From positions 1 through 60,846 of the forward strand of contig JAYTXX010000097.1 of NCBI GenBank assembly GCA_043742725.1: 60,846 nt of DNA, written 5' to 3'. The notes beneath the pieces were generated by a model that was given only the letters and a program-made list of their open reading frames with translations, was not told the DNA's origin and did no database searches. The stretch is from Bacteroidota bacterium. GTDB taxonomy: Bacteria; Bacteroidota; Bacteroidia; 2-12-FULL-35-15. Below are positions 9,608-18,754 of this stretch, piece by piece. A program made the position numbers and the translations under genes. Every line of letters begins with the position of its first letter. Within the stretch, counting starts at the first letter, position 1.

Positions 9608-10642
9608 ATGGAATTTTCAGCAGAACAAATAGCAGGATTGCTCAACGGAAAAATAGAGGGAAATGCTAATGTAAAAGTTAGTAAACTATCGAAAATAGAA
9701 GAAGGCGAAGTAGGTTCTATTTCGTTTTTGGCAAATCCTAAATACACACCTTATATTTATACAACCAAAGCTTCGTTGGTAATTATCAATAAGGATTTTG
9801 AATTAACAGCTCCTGTTGCTACAACGCTTATTAGAGTGGATAGTGCAGAGATTGCTTTTTCAAAATTATTGGAAATGTACAATCAAATAAAATTAAATAA
9901 AGTTGGAATTTCAAAACAATGTTTTATTTCAGATACAGCCAAAGTAGGTACTGATGCTTATGTTGGAGAGTTTGCAGTGATTGGCGATAATGCAAAAATT
10001 GGTAACAATGTAAAAATTTATCCGCAAGTTTTTATTGGCGATAATGCTGTGGTTGGCGATAATACTACTTTGTTTGCAGGAGTAAAAATTTATTCAGAAA
10101 CAGTGATTGGAAAAAATTGTATCATCCATTCGGGAACGGTGATTGGTAGCGATGGATTTAGATTTAATCCACAAAACGATAATCAAAAAATTCCGCAAAT
10201 TGGAAATGTAATTATTGAAGATGATGTTGAAATAGGCGCTAATTGTGCTATTGACAGAGCAACATTGGGTTCAACCATACTTCGAAAAGGAGTTAAGTTT
10301 GATAATTTAATTCACATTGCACACAATGTGGAAATAGGCGAAAACAGTTATTTAGCAGCCGGCAATGTAATTGCAGGTTCTACAAAAATTGGAAAAAATT
10401 GTATGTTCAGTGGACAAGTTGGAATTGTTGGTCATTTGGAAATAGCCGATAATACTATTGTTACAGCACAATCTGGAATTTCAAAAAGCATTACAAAAAA
10501 AGGAGAAATACAAATGGGCTCTCCAGCTTTTGATGCCAACAAATACAGAAAAGCATACATTCATTTCCGTAATTTAGATTCAATTGTTCAGCGAGTGAAT
10601 GAATTAGAAAAGCAAAATAAATTGAAAGAAAAGGAAGCATAA
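9608..10642 (+). CDS. lpxD: UDP-3-O-acylglucosamine N-acyltransferase
   Basis: 344 aa. N-terminal [17 protein letters not shown]...[12 protein letters not shown], followed by long hexapeptide (left-handed beta-helix) repeats. Confidence 0.85.
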   Translation: MEFSAEQIAGLLNGKIEGNANVKVSKLSKIEEGEVGSISFLANPKYTPYIYTTKASLVIINKDFELTAPVATTLIRVDSAEIAFSKLLEMYNQIKLNKVGISKQCFISDTAKVGTDAYVGEFAVIGDNAKIGNNVKIYPQVFIGDNAVVGDNTTLFAGVKIYSETVIGKNCIIHSGTVIGSDGFRFNPQNDNQKIPQIGNVIIEDDVEIGANCAIDRATLGSTILRKGVKFDNLIHIAHNVEIGENSYLAAGNVIAGSTKIGKNCMFSGQVGIVGHLEIADNTIVTAQSGISKSITKKGEIQMGSPAFDANKYRKAYIHFRNLDSIVQRVNELEKQNKLKEKEA

Positions 10643-10727
10643 AGCTTTCAATTTCCCACCAAACCTAACTTTCGTCATATTTGGAAAAAAAACTGAAAAA
10701 AATGTTTGTCAGTAACATTTCAATATG

Positions 10728-10735
10728 TACTTTTG
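10728..10735 (+). promoter_or_regulatory. Candidate Bacteroidota -7 promoter box (TAnnTTTG)
   Basis: tacttttg lies 35 nt upstream of the GTG start at 10770. This is a motif match only. Confidence 0.3.
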
Positions 10736-10769
10736 AGCATTATTTAAAATAATTCTAAATAATAAAATT

Positions 10770-11447
10770 GTGAAAAAGATAAAAATTGCCATAGCCGATA
10801 GTCATTTTTTAAGCCGCAAAGGTTTAGCAATGCTATTGACCGAAAATGTTGATTTTATTCTTGAAGCCGAATCTTTGAGTACTTCCGATTTGGTTAATCA
10901 ATCAAAATTTTATAAACCCGATTTAATTATTATTGATTATAGTTCTGCCAATTTTAGTTTGGAAGGTATTATTCAAATTGTAAAAAAATATCCAAAGGCA
11001 AAACTACTTGCTATTACCGAATTTAAAAATAATGAAACAATAGCAAAAGCATTGGAATTTGGTATTACAAGCCATTTGTTGAAAGATTGTGATAAGGATG
11101 AAATAGTTGAAGCTATTTATGAAACAGCTATTGGCAAACGATTTATGTGTGGTAAAATTGTAAACGCTGTTGTTGATAGTACTAATAAATTGGTTGCAAC
11201 AGTAACTTCCTATAACTGCGATGGAATGAATGTTTCGGAGCGAGAAATGGAAATCATAAAATTAATAGCCGAAGGTTTATCAAACAAAGAAGTTGCTGAT
11301 AAATTATTTTTGAGCACACATACAGTTACTACTCATCGCAAAAATATTATGGCAAAGTTGGGTGTGAACAACACAGCTGGATTGGTTTTGTTTGCTGTTC
11401 GCGAAAATTTAGTTAGCCCCAATCATTTCCTTTTTGCAAGCAATTAA
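10770..11447 (+). CDS. LuxR/NarL-family response regulator (receiver + HTH)
   Basis: 225 aa with a GTG start. The receiver has the phospho-acceptor context DLIIIDYS, plus AIT and HLLKD. C-terminal LuxR HTH: SEREMEIIKLIAEGLSNKEVADKLFLSTHTVTTHRKNIMAKLG. No adjacent histidine kinase. Confidence 0.75.
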   Translation: MKKIKIAIADSHFLSRKGLAMLLTENVDFILEAESLSTSDLVNQSKFYKPDLIIIDYSSANFSLEGIIQIVKKYPKAKLLAITEFKNNETIAKALEFGITSHLLKDCDKDEIVEAIYETAIGKRFMCGKIVNAVVDSTNKLVATVTSYNCDGMNVSEREMEIIKLIAEGLSNKEVADKLFLSTHTVTTHRKNIMAKLGVNNTAGLVLFAVRENLVSPNHFLFASN

Positions 11448-11581
11448 TGCGTTGTATTTCATTTATTAATTCAAACTAAATTTCTTCGTTTTTAAAAAAT
11501 ACCTTTTTTTAGGTATTGCCTACTCTTGTTATCAAATCTACTTTTGTCTCGTTATTTAAAATTATTCTAAATTGTTTTTTA

Positions 11582-12772
11582 ATGAAAAAGATAATCGTTT
11601 TATCATTGTTCGTTTTATCAGTATTTACTCTTAAAGCACAAATTTTAACCAAAGAAGATTCGTTAGCCGCTGGAATTATTGCACGAAACACAGCAACAGT
11701 TGTTTCGGGATATGGAAGTTTGAAATATAAATATGAGCAACGTACTGGTGTTGCACATGCTAATTTAGATAGAGCTATTTTATTTGTTGGACATAAATTC
11801 AATAATAAAATTTCATTTTTTTCGGAGTTGGAAATAGAAGATGCAAAAGTTGCAGGAGGAGAAGCTGGTGGTGAAGTAGCTTTAGAACAAGCTTTTTTGA
11901 AGTTTGATATAAACAGAAATAATTATATCACAGCAGGATTATTTATTCCACGCATTGGAATTATTAACGAAAATCATTTGCCAACAACTTTTAATGGCAA
12001 TGATAGAACATTTGTGGAAACGCTTATTATTCCTTCCACTTGGCGCGAAATAGGAATTGGTTTGTATGGAATTATTCCTAAAATCACTGGTTTAAATTAT
12101 TCTGTTGGATTGGTAAATGGATTAAATTCGGCAGGCTTTGAAAGCGGAACAGGCATACGCGATGGGCGTTTTGAAGGACGTGATGCAAATGCTTCAGCTA
12201 TTGCAGTTACAGGAGCATTGTTGTATTATGTTAATCATTTTAGAATTCAAGTTTCGGGATACTATGGCGGAAGTGCAGGATTGACAAAGGAAGAGAGCGA
12301 TACCTTAAAATTATCTCGTGGTTCGTTTGGAACTCCAGTTGCTTTGTGCGAAGCAGATGTGCAATATGCTCATAAAGGTTTTTCGGTAAAAGCATTATTT
12401 ACTACTGTTAGTATTCCCGATGCAAAAGCGATAAACAATGCGTATGCAAATAATACTCCCGAAACAATGATTGGTTATTATGGCGAAGTTGGTTACAACT
12501 TGTTTCAATTATTTAAGAAGCCAGAAAAAAACTTAACAGCTTTTGTGCGTTACGAAAATTTAGATATGAATAATAAACTGCCCGAAAATGCTACGTTTGA
12601 TGGAACATTAAATCAAACATATATAATTGGCGGATTGACTTATCAACCTATAAAAGGAGTAACAGTGAAAACAGATTATGTTTTTAAACAGATTGGAAAT
12701 TTTAATTCTTCAATTGCACCAGCAAATAGAACGGAAGGATTTTTTAGTTTAGGAGTTGGTTATAGTTTTTAG
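11582..12772 (+). CDS. Outer-membrane porin (beta-barrel)
   Basis: Start moved to the ATG at 11582 (MKKIIVLSLFVLSVFTLKAQ signal peptide). Beta-strand pattern with a C-terminal GVGYSF. Confidence 0.6.
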   Translation: MKKIIVLSLFVLSVFTLKAQILTKEDSLAAGIIARNTATVVSGYGSLKYKYEQRTGVAHANLDRAILFVGHKFNNKISFFSELEIEDAKVAGGEAGGEVALEQAFLKFDINRNNYITAGLFIPRIGIINENHLPTTFNGNDRTFVETLIIPSTWREIGIGLYGIIPKITGLNYSVGLVNGLNSAGFESGTGIRDGRFEGRDANASAIAVTGALLYYVNHFRIQVSGYYGGSAGLTKEESDTLKLSRGSFGTPVALCEADVQYAHKGFSVKALFTTVSIPDAKAINNAYANNTPETMIGYYGEVGYNLFQLFKKPEKNLTAFVRYENLDMNNKLPENATFDGTLNQTYIIGGLTYQPIKGVTVKTDYVFKQIGNFNSSIAPANRTEGFFSLGVGYSF

Positions 12773-12793
12773 GAGTATTACGAATTACGAATA

Positions 12794-13225
12794 ATGCAAC
12801 GAAGATATTTTATAAAACAATCGTGCGTGATGTGTGCGAGTATTGCAGGATTGGGTTTGCTTACTTCACAGTTGAGCGGATGCGCTCCTTTGCCAATATT
12901 TAAAGCCGATATGAGCAATGGATTAATTTCTGTTCCGTTCACTTCTTTTACCGAAAAAAACAAAATAGTGATTGTAAGAAACAGTCAATTGGAGTTTGAT
13001 ATTGTTTTAGTAAAAAATTCGGAAACAGATTTTTCGGCTTTGCAACTGAAATGTACACATCAAGATAATGCTTTAACGGCAACACAAACAGGATTTTTTT
13101 GTAGTTCGCATGGAAGTACATTTGATTTGAAAGGCAATGTAACTAAAGAGCCTGCATTAAATCCGTTGAAAAAATATAAAACAGAAATTAAAAGTTCGCT
13201 TGTGATAATTGATGCGAAATCGTGA
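12794..13225 (+). CDS. Small Tat-exported Rieske [2Fe-2S] domain protein
   Basis: 143 aa. Twin-arginine leader MQRRYFIK. Rieske ligand boxes CTH (LKCTHQDNAL) and CSSH (FFCSSHGSTFDLKGNV). Confidence 0.75.
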   Translation: MQRRYFIKQSCVMCASIAGLGLLTSQLSGCAPLPIFKADMSNGLISVPFTSFTEKNKIVIVRNSQLEFDIVLVKNSETDFSALQLKCTHQDNALTATQTGFFCSSHGSTFDLKGNVTKEPALNPLKKYKTEIKSSLVIIDAKS

Positions 13226-13236
13226 AACTATTTTTT

Positions 13237-14430
13237 TTATTTCTGAAAAGTTTCTTTCAATTTCAAAATAATCATCAACAAGGCAGCAATAAGTAAAGCC
13301 ATCATCAAATAAATAGCATTCATCCATTGCGTAGTTTCACTATTAATTAATGGCATTAAAATAATAACTACTACTGCTCCTGCATTGCCTGATAACATTA
13401 ATATTCCAGTTGCTGCTCCTGCTTTTTCTATTCCTGCAATTTCTTCGCACATAGAAAGTAAAAGTGCATAACCTGGAAGAAAAAAGAACCCCATTACACC
13501 TCCTAAAAAATAAATAGTGTTGATTGAACTTGATGTGCAAAGCGGAAACATTACTGCTAATGCTGCAATACAACAAAGTGCAAGAAATGGTTTTCGTACT
13601 TTAAATTTATCGGATAAAGTTGGAATGATGACTGAACCTACAATTCCTCCAACAATTAAAAATGCACCAACCAAACCTACTTGTTCTGCATTTATTCCAT
13701 TAGGTTTTAGAAGTGGTTCCAGCCATGTAGTTAATCCATTGAAAACGCCTAATGCTAAAAAGGTGATGATAAAAAGCATTACTAAATTTTTACTTTTTAT
13801 CAACGATTTTATTTCTTCCATTGCAGTTGTAGTTGCTGCTTGAACTTTTGAAAGATTATTTTCTTTTCCAAGAAAAATAAAAATACCAGTGAGCACAATA
13901 GAAATAATTGCAAACACCATCATTGTATTACTAAAGCCTAAACTTTCGTTGAGTGCAGGTGTAAGCCCCATTCCTAAAGCCATACCAATGAGCATACCTG
14001 CTGTGCCAATTCCTGTTGCCATTGCGGTTTGTTCTTTATCAAACCAATCGGAAACTAATTTTGAAATTCCATTGATGATGTATGGCTGACCAATAGCAAT
14101 ACCTGTTTGACCAATAACCAACAAATAAAAATTGCCATCGAAAATTCTAACACAAGCAAAAATGGAACTGATAACACTTCCTAAAATAATTACATAACGA
14201 TAGCCTTTTTTGTCAATCATTGTTCCCGAATGCATTGATAAAACTACATACAACAAAGGAAAAGAGAGTAGGAGAGAGCTTACCATCATTTCGCTTACTT
14301 GATATTTTGCTTGAATGAAAGATACCAATGGAGCCAAGTTTAGCCAAAGCATTTGACACATAGCTGCTACTCCGAAATAAGCCATTAACACAGCCCATCG
14401 GTAAGGTTTGTTGTAATTGGTTGTTGTCAT
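13237..14430 (-). CDS. MFS transporter
   Basis: 397 aa, about 12 hydrophobic segments, with a central loop between two six-helix halves. Substrate unknown. Confidence 0.7.
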   Translation of the reverse strand: MTTTNYNKPYRWAVLMAYFGVAAMCQMLWLNLAPLVSFIQAKYQVSEMMVSSLLLSFPLLYVVLSMHSGTMIDKKGYRYVIILGSVISSIFACVRIFDGNFYLLVIGQTGIAIGQPYIINGISKLVSDWFDKEQTAMATGIGTAGMLIGMALGMGLTPALNESLGFSNTMMVFAIISIVLTGIFIFLGKENNLSKVQAATTTAMEEIKSLIKSKNLVMLFIITFLALGVFNGLTTWLEPLLKPNGINAEQVGLVGAFLIVGGIVGSVIIPTLSDKFKVRKPFLALCCIAALAVMFPLCTSSSINTIYFLGGVMGFFFLPGYALLLSMCEEIAGIEKAGAATGILMLSGNAGAVVVIILMPLINSETTQWMNAIYLMMALLIAALLMIILKLKETFQK

Positions 14431-14511
14431 AAATTTACTTTTTTGTTACACTACAAACATAATAAAAAATTTTAGAGCATAGATGCCTCACCCGCTGTTG
14501 AGATGCTGGCT

Positions 14512-14559
14512 CAAATAGCTACAAGCTATTTGCCCTCCCCTCTCCAAAGGAGAGTGGGC
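14512..14559. repeat. Two adjacent short hairpin elements
   Basis: caaatagc / gctatttg (14512-14519 / 14525-14532, 5-nt loop), then ccctcccctctcc aaa ggagagtggg (about 14533-14559). Confidence 0.6.
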
Positions 14560-14606
14560 TATGTTTAAAAAATGTTTCGTCAGTTCGATTAGCGACCGCA
14601 GGGAGC

Positions 14607-14671
14607 GTATCGAGAACCATTTATAATTTATCACTCATAATTCATAATTTTTTTTCACTCGTTCTCGATAC
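14607..14671. repeat. 11-bp perfect inverted repeat with a 43-nt AT-rich spacer
   Basis: gtatcgagaac at 14607-14617 and its reverse complement gttctcgatac at 14661-14671. Confidence 0.65.
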
Positions 14672-14716
14672 ATTTTTCTGAAAAAGAAAAATACTCGAAC
14701 GGACTACACATAGCTC

Positions 14717-14796
14717 GTCATTACGAGCAAAGCGAAGTAATCTCCACACAAAGTATTTCCTATGGATTGCTTCACTCGTGCCTCGTTCGCAATGAC
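14717..14796. repeat. Inverted pair of a REP-like palindromic element (gtcattNcga...gaagNaatc)
   Basis: gtcattacgagcaaagcgaagtaatc (14717-14742) faces gattgcttcactcgtgcctcgttcgcaatgac (14765-14796). The termini are reverse complements. Resembles short palindromic intergenic repeats common in Bacteroidota genomes. Confidence 0.6.
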
Positions 14797-15012
14797 CAAC
14801 ACAAACCCAAAAATAAATTTGCTTTTTGTTTTATTCGGTTGTACACCAGTGGCAATTATGTTAAAACATTTTGCTTACCCACGACTAAAACTAACAAATG
14901 AAATAGTGAAAAAGTTGTGGGTGCTTTTGCGAAAAAGTATTAGGTTTATAAAAAAATTGGGGAAATGAAAAAGCCCGTTTGATAAATTGAACTTAAGTTT
15001 ACAAATAAAATA

Positions 15013-15077
15013 ATACGAAACAAAACCTTCGCAAAGCCAGCCAGTTTTGGGTAGCTTTACGAAGGTTTATTTCGTAT
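15013..15077. repeat. Long imperfect stem-loop (about 22 bp stem, 16-nt loop) just upstream of the 15109 CDS
   Basis: atacgaaacaaaaccttcgcaaagc (15013-15037) pairs with gctttacgaaggtttatttcgtat (15054-15077) with 2 mismatches and 1 bulge. No T-tract follows. Confidence 0.6.
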
Positions 15078-15108
15078 ATAGATAAGTTAGCTGCAACAAT
15101 ACAGACTG

Positions 15109-16827
15109 ATGAAAGCATACCATTTCATAAAATATAATGACAATACTTGTTTAGACAATTTAGTTGTTCAAACTGACAGCAAGATAACACTATGTTTTGA
15201 CTTTGAGGACAGCATTCAAGATTGTTTAAGTGAAACAAACACTCCTACCCTAAAGTCAACCTATAGAAATCATTTCAAAACTATCATAGCCAACTGTAAA
15301 CGTGACATTGAAAAAGTTAATATTGGGATAAGAATAAACACAAGCGATTCTCCAGAATATTTAGCCGACCTCCGTTTATTAACCGAAATTAAAAATATCA
15401 AAACTATTTTCCTCCCTAAAGTAAGCAGATCTAAACAAATTTTCGATTTACAAAATGACCTTCAAGAAAATGGAGTAACCTATCAAGAAATAATTCCAGT
15501 TATTGAAACAAAAAATGGGTTGAATAATTTAGAAGAAATTCTTAAAATTAATTTGAACAAAATAGGAGGTGTTGCTTTTGGTCATTGTGATTATAATTTA
15601 TGTAACTCAAATTATCCTTTTTTTCACCAAGACTCTAGAGAGTATTGGACTTGGATAACCAAACTGTATGAATCTTCTAAATCTTATAATTTACGAATTA
15701 TAAATTCACCATTTTTACAGCTTGATAATATTGAATATTTCGAAAAGGTGTTAAATGTATTATATTCGATTGGTGGTAACAATGTTGGTCAAATTACACT
15801 TACACAAGAGCAAACTGACATTTGCAATTCCTTCCTAAACAACCCCGAAAATGTTATCCTCCCAAAAATGCAAAACAGACTTGACTTAAGAGTTCCTGCA
15901 TTTTATGCTCAAAAATTTATTGAATCCTTCAAGAAAAACACTAATAATAAAGGTTTTGCAATAAACAATGATAGAACGATTTTATCTCCACAAGAATATA
16001 CTTCATCATTAAAATTTCAGCGCAGAATGGAACTCCCCGAAGTTAATTTTACATTTGTTGGTGGATGCTTTCCTGTTCAAGGAAATTTACCTTTTGAAAA
16101 TCTTTTCCATCAATTGCTCAAACATAAAGTTGAGGACATCAGAGAAACAAGATTTAATGTAAATATTATCCGCTATGAACGTTTTAAAAATTGTTCTAAC
16201 AAAATAGCATCATATAACGAAAATCAACCAATAGACATCCTTGTATTTTCAATTAGACCAGAACCATTTTTGCGTTTGGTGAAATTGTACTATAAGTTCT
16301 TAGATAACTCAAATGAAAAAATAAGATGGTCATTAAATCTTCCTACGTTTAATAAAGTTAATCCGGAAAAATTTGATTTACTTTCTTTAGATACAAGATT
16401 CAATCCGGCAGGAGTAAATGATAATTCAATACTTCGAAAAGCATTAATAAACCTGAATTATATTTTTGGTTCACTTTTAGGCAACGACAACTATTCTCTC
16501 ATTAAATACTTAGAACTAATTAATGAAGTAATAGAATTAAGCAGTAGGAATAACATTAAATTGTTTATCCTTGGGACACCAATAAAGACCAATACAATAG
16601 TAGAAAGACTGTTGTGTAAAAGACTTGACAGATTTATGCGAAAATCGCTGAGCATTTCGCAGGACAATTATGTCAGTGGTTCAGACCTTATTAATAATGG
16701 AGAAAGCTTGTTTAAAGGAAATGGAATTTATGCTAATGAAAAATATCACGAATTGATTTCAGAAAGAATATTGGAGAAAATATTACCGACAATTGACAAA
16801 ATTGCATCCCCGTACGAGCGAAGCTGA
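15109..16827 (+). CDS. Fusion protein: N-terminal HpcH/HpaI aldolase / citrate-lyase beta (CitE)-like domain plus an uncharacterised C-terminal domain (possibly SGNH-like)
   Basis: 572 aa. The N-terminal half carries the CitE-family motif series: LCFDFEDSIQD, IGIRIN, IFLPKV, IPVIETKNGLNNLEEI, VAFGHCDY. The C-terminal half (from about aa 300) has FTFVGGC..., LFILGTP and ANEKYHELI, loosely like SGNH blocks I, III and V. Confidence 0.5.
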   Translation: MKAYHFIKYNDNTCLDNLVVQTDSKITLCFDFEDSIQDCLSETNTPTLKSTYRNHFKTIIANCKRDIEKVNIGIRINTSDSPEYLADLRLLTEIKNIKTIFLPKVSRSKQIFDLQNDLQENGVTYQEIIPVIETKNGLNNLEEILKINLNKIGGVAFGHCDYNLCNSNYPFFHQDSREYWTWITKLYESSKSYNLRIINSPFLQLDNIEYFEKVLNVLYSIGGNNVGQITLTQEQTDICNSFLNNPENVILPKMQNRLDLRVPAFYAQKFIESFKKNTNNKGFAINNDRTILSPQEYTSSLKFQRRMELPEVNFTFVGGCFPVQGNLPFENLFHQLLKHKVEDIRETRFNVNIIRYERFKNCSNKIASYNENQPIDILVFSIRPEPFLRLVKLYYKFLDNSNEKIRWSLNLPTFNKVNPEKFDLLSLDTRFNPAGVNDNSILRKALINLNYIFGSLLGNDNYSLIKYLELINEVIELSSRNNIKLFILGTPIKTNTIVERLLCKRLDRFMRKSLSISQDNYVSGSDLINNGESLFKGNGIYANEKYHELISERILEKILPTIDKIASPYERS

Positions 16828-16892
16828 AGTGTAAGCAGGTGCTTAAGGCTTCGGTTGCAAAAGCAAAATGTAAGCTGTGCTTACAAAAACAA

Positions 16893-16932
16893 AAAACCGC
16901 CTTGTTCAAAATAGAGCAAGGCGGTTTTGTTT
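16893..16932. terminator. Bidirectional rho-independent terminator between convergent genes
   Basis: aaaaccgccttg (16893-16904), a 12-nt loop, then caaggcggtttt (16917-28) followed by gtttt. A/T tracts lie on both sides. Confidence 0.8.
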
Positions 16933-16945
16933 TAATAATTTCTTT

Positions 16946-18616
16946 TTATTGTATCACCAATTTTCCTCTGTTTATTAATTTTTTATCCTGTGTAATGGTG
17001 TAGAAATACAAACCATTTCTCAACTCATTTCTATCAATAGTAGTTTGTGTTTTGGTAATGGTTTCAGCCATCACTCTTTTTCCTAATACATCATATAATT
17101 CAAAAATCATTCCTTGCTTTACTTCCGTAACTTCAATAGTAGTAGAATAGCTAAACGGATTTGGGTACACTTTCACTTTCTCTGTTTGTGCAGTAGGCGA
17201 ATCAATGCCCAATGTTGTAACTGTTGTTGCTGCTGACATAGCCGCACAACCCGAACCATTAGTAACTTCAACTGTATAATTTCCATTCACAAGCATTGTG
17301 TATGTTTGGCTTGTAGCACCATTAATTATATTTCCATTCAAGTACCATTGATTTCCAGTTGTAGAACTTGATGTAAGTACTGCAAAATTTTGCGAAATAG
17401 TAGGAGTTGATGGCAATGAATTTACAGTTACAATTCCTTTTGCAGTATTTACACAACCAGCAATTGTTCCTGTAACGGTGTAGGTAGTAGTAGTTGAAGG
17501 GCTAACAGAAATGCTGTTCATAGTTGCTGTAGTTGACCAAATATAGGCTTGTCCGCCCAATGCAAATAAATCAACAGTTTGTCCATTACATATAGTAGCC
17601 GAATTTACAGTTACAGTTGGTGTTGCATTTACTGTTACTATTGCTATAGCTGTTCCTTCACAACCATTATCTGTTCCAGTTATAGTATAGGTTGTAGTTG
17701 TAGTAGGTGTTATGCTTATTGAATTAGCAGTTTCTCCTCCAGACCATGAATAAGTGAGAGCACCATCTGCTGTTAAGTTCGTAGCTACTCCAGTGCATAT
17801 TGTTGTTGAATTTACTGTTACAGTAGGAATATCATTAACAGTTACAATGCCTGCAGCTCTTGAACTAACACAACTACTAACAGAGCACGTTGCATAATAG
17901 TTTGTGGATGTTGAAACACTCGGACTCGTATAAGTACTTCCTGTTCCTAATGGTGTTCCTCCCGCAGCAGTAGCATACCAAGTAACCGTACCAGCACAAC
18001 CCGATGCTGTTAAAGTTCCAGTTCCTTTACCACAACGAGTAGCGCTGGCTATTGTTGGTGGTACTGGTATTGAACAAGTAGAAACTGTTGTATAAGAAAT
18101 ACAACATCCCGGATATTGACCATATGCTTCTATTCCATTAACTGTTATAGTGGTTGGAATACCGATAGTAATAAAAGTTACATTCCAAGAATATTGCACT
18201 ATTCCGCCATAAAGATTACAAGAATCTCCCGTTAGTGGAATATTATATATAGTAGTGGGTGAAAAATAATAAAGCACACCGTTCATAACTTTACCTGTAG
18301 AGTTAACACCGTTAAAACCACTTACAATAGTATTAGTAAATCCTGAATCAACTATACCAGTTGTGGTTCCACCAGAAACAGATATCGAGTAGTTTTGAGT
18401 GTCCCCATCTGCTCCTGTTGTACAAATACCTCCTACTACATCAGCTCCTGTTCCAGTACAAATCTGTATTGTGAATTGGTAATTTCCTCCACCAATGTCA
18501 ATAGGACCACTTATTACATTTAGGCAACCTAAATGATTGGCTTTTGCTTCGTTCTTAAAAATCATTAATGAAAACAGAATAGAGAGCGTAATTGTTTTTA
18601 GTACATCTTTTTTCAT
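16946..18616 (-). CDS. T9SS-secreted cell-surface protein with tandem Ig-like repeats
   Basis: 556 aa with a signal peptide. Two tandem repeats of about 68 aa (PTVTVNSxTICxG...YxWS...NSISxxPxTTTTYTxTGT..GC...IVTVN, aa 264-400). C-terminal KVYPNPFSYSTTIEV...GLYFYTITQDKKLINRGKLVIQ is a T9SS CTD. Confidence 0.75.
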   Translation of the reverse strand: MKKDVLKTITLSILFSLMIFKNEAKANHLGCLNVISGPIDIGGGNYQFTIQICTGTGADVVGGICTTGADGDTQNYSISVSGGTTTGIVDSGFTNTIVSGFNGVNSTGKVMNGVLYYFSPTTIYNIPLTGDSCNLYGGIVQYSWNVTFITIGIPTTITVNGIEAYGQYPGCCISYTTVSTCSIPVPPTIASATRCGKGTGTLTASGCAGTVTWYATAAGGTPLGTGSTYTSPSVSTSTNYYATCSVSSCVSSRAAGIVTVNDIPTVTVNSTTICTGVATNLTADGALTYSWSGGETANSISITPTTTTTYTITGTDNGCEGTAIAIVTVNATPTVTVNSATICNGQTVDLFALGGQAYIWSTTATMNSISVSPSTTTTYTVTGTIAGCVNTAKGIVTVNSLPSTPTISQNFAVLTSSSTTGNQWYLNGNIINGATSQTYTMLVNGNYTVEVTNGSGCAAMSAATTVTTLGIDSPTAQTEKVKVYPNPFSYSTTIEVTEVKQGMIFELYDVLGKRVMAETITKTQTTIDRNELRNGLYFYTITQDKKLINRGKLVIQ

Positions 18617-18754
18617 GGTAGTAGTGTATTTATTTTTTGTACTTAAACTTTTAACTTCTTTAATGATACATCAAATTTATAACATTTCAGTAAATAAGCA
18701 AATTGTTTTGATATTTGCGATTGCAATTGAAAAGCAAACAAAGGAACCGGTATT

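Noticed and set aside
11509-11802. 97-aa minus-strand ORF overlapping the porin start
   Set aside because: It overlaps the signal peptide and first strands of a well-supported + strand OMP gene and has no motifs. It is a likely shadow ORF.
13517-14089. + strand ORFs (108 and 66 aa) inside the MFS transporter gene
   Set aside because: These are antisense to a continuous 397-aa polytopic transporter frame. Hydrophobic mirror ORFs of this kind are typical of membrane-protein genes.
14581-14620. tRNA-like gttcgatt motif (possible T-arm)
   Set aside because: I could not build an acceptor stem, anticodon arm or D-arm around it. It belongs to the inverted-repeat element cluster. No tRNA or rRNA was recognised anywhere in the window by eye; a tRNAscan/Infernal run would be needed for certainty.
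14762-14968. 68-aa ORF (MDCFTRASFAMTNT...) in the long intergenic region
   Set aside because: Its N-terminus is simply the translation of the palindromic gattgcttcactcgtgcctcgttcgcaatgac repeat. It has no plausible start context and a low-complexity basic tail. I treat it as non-coding repeat DNA.
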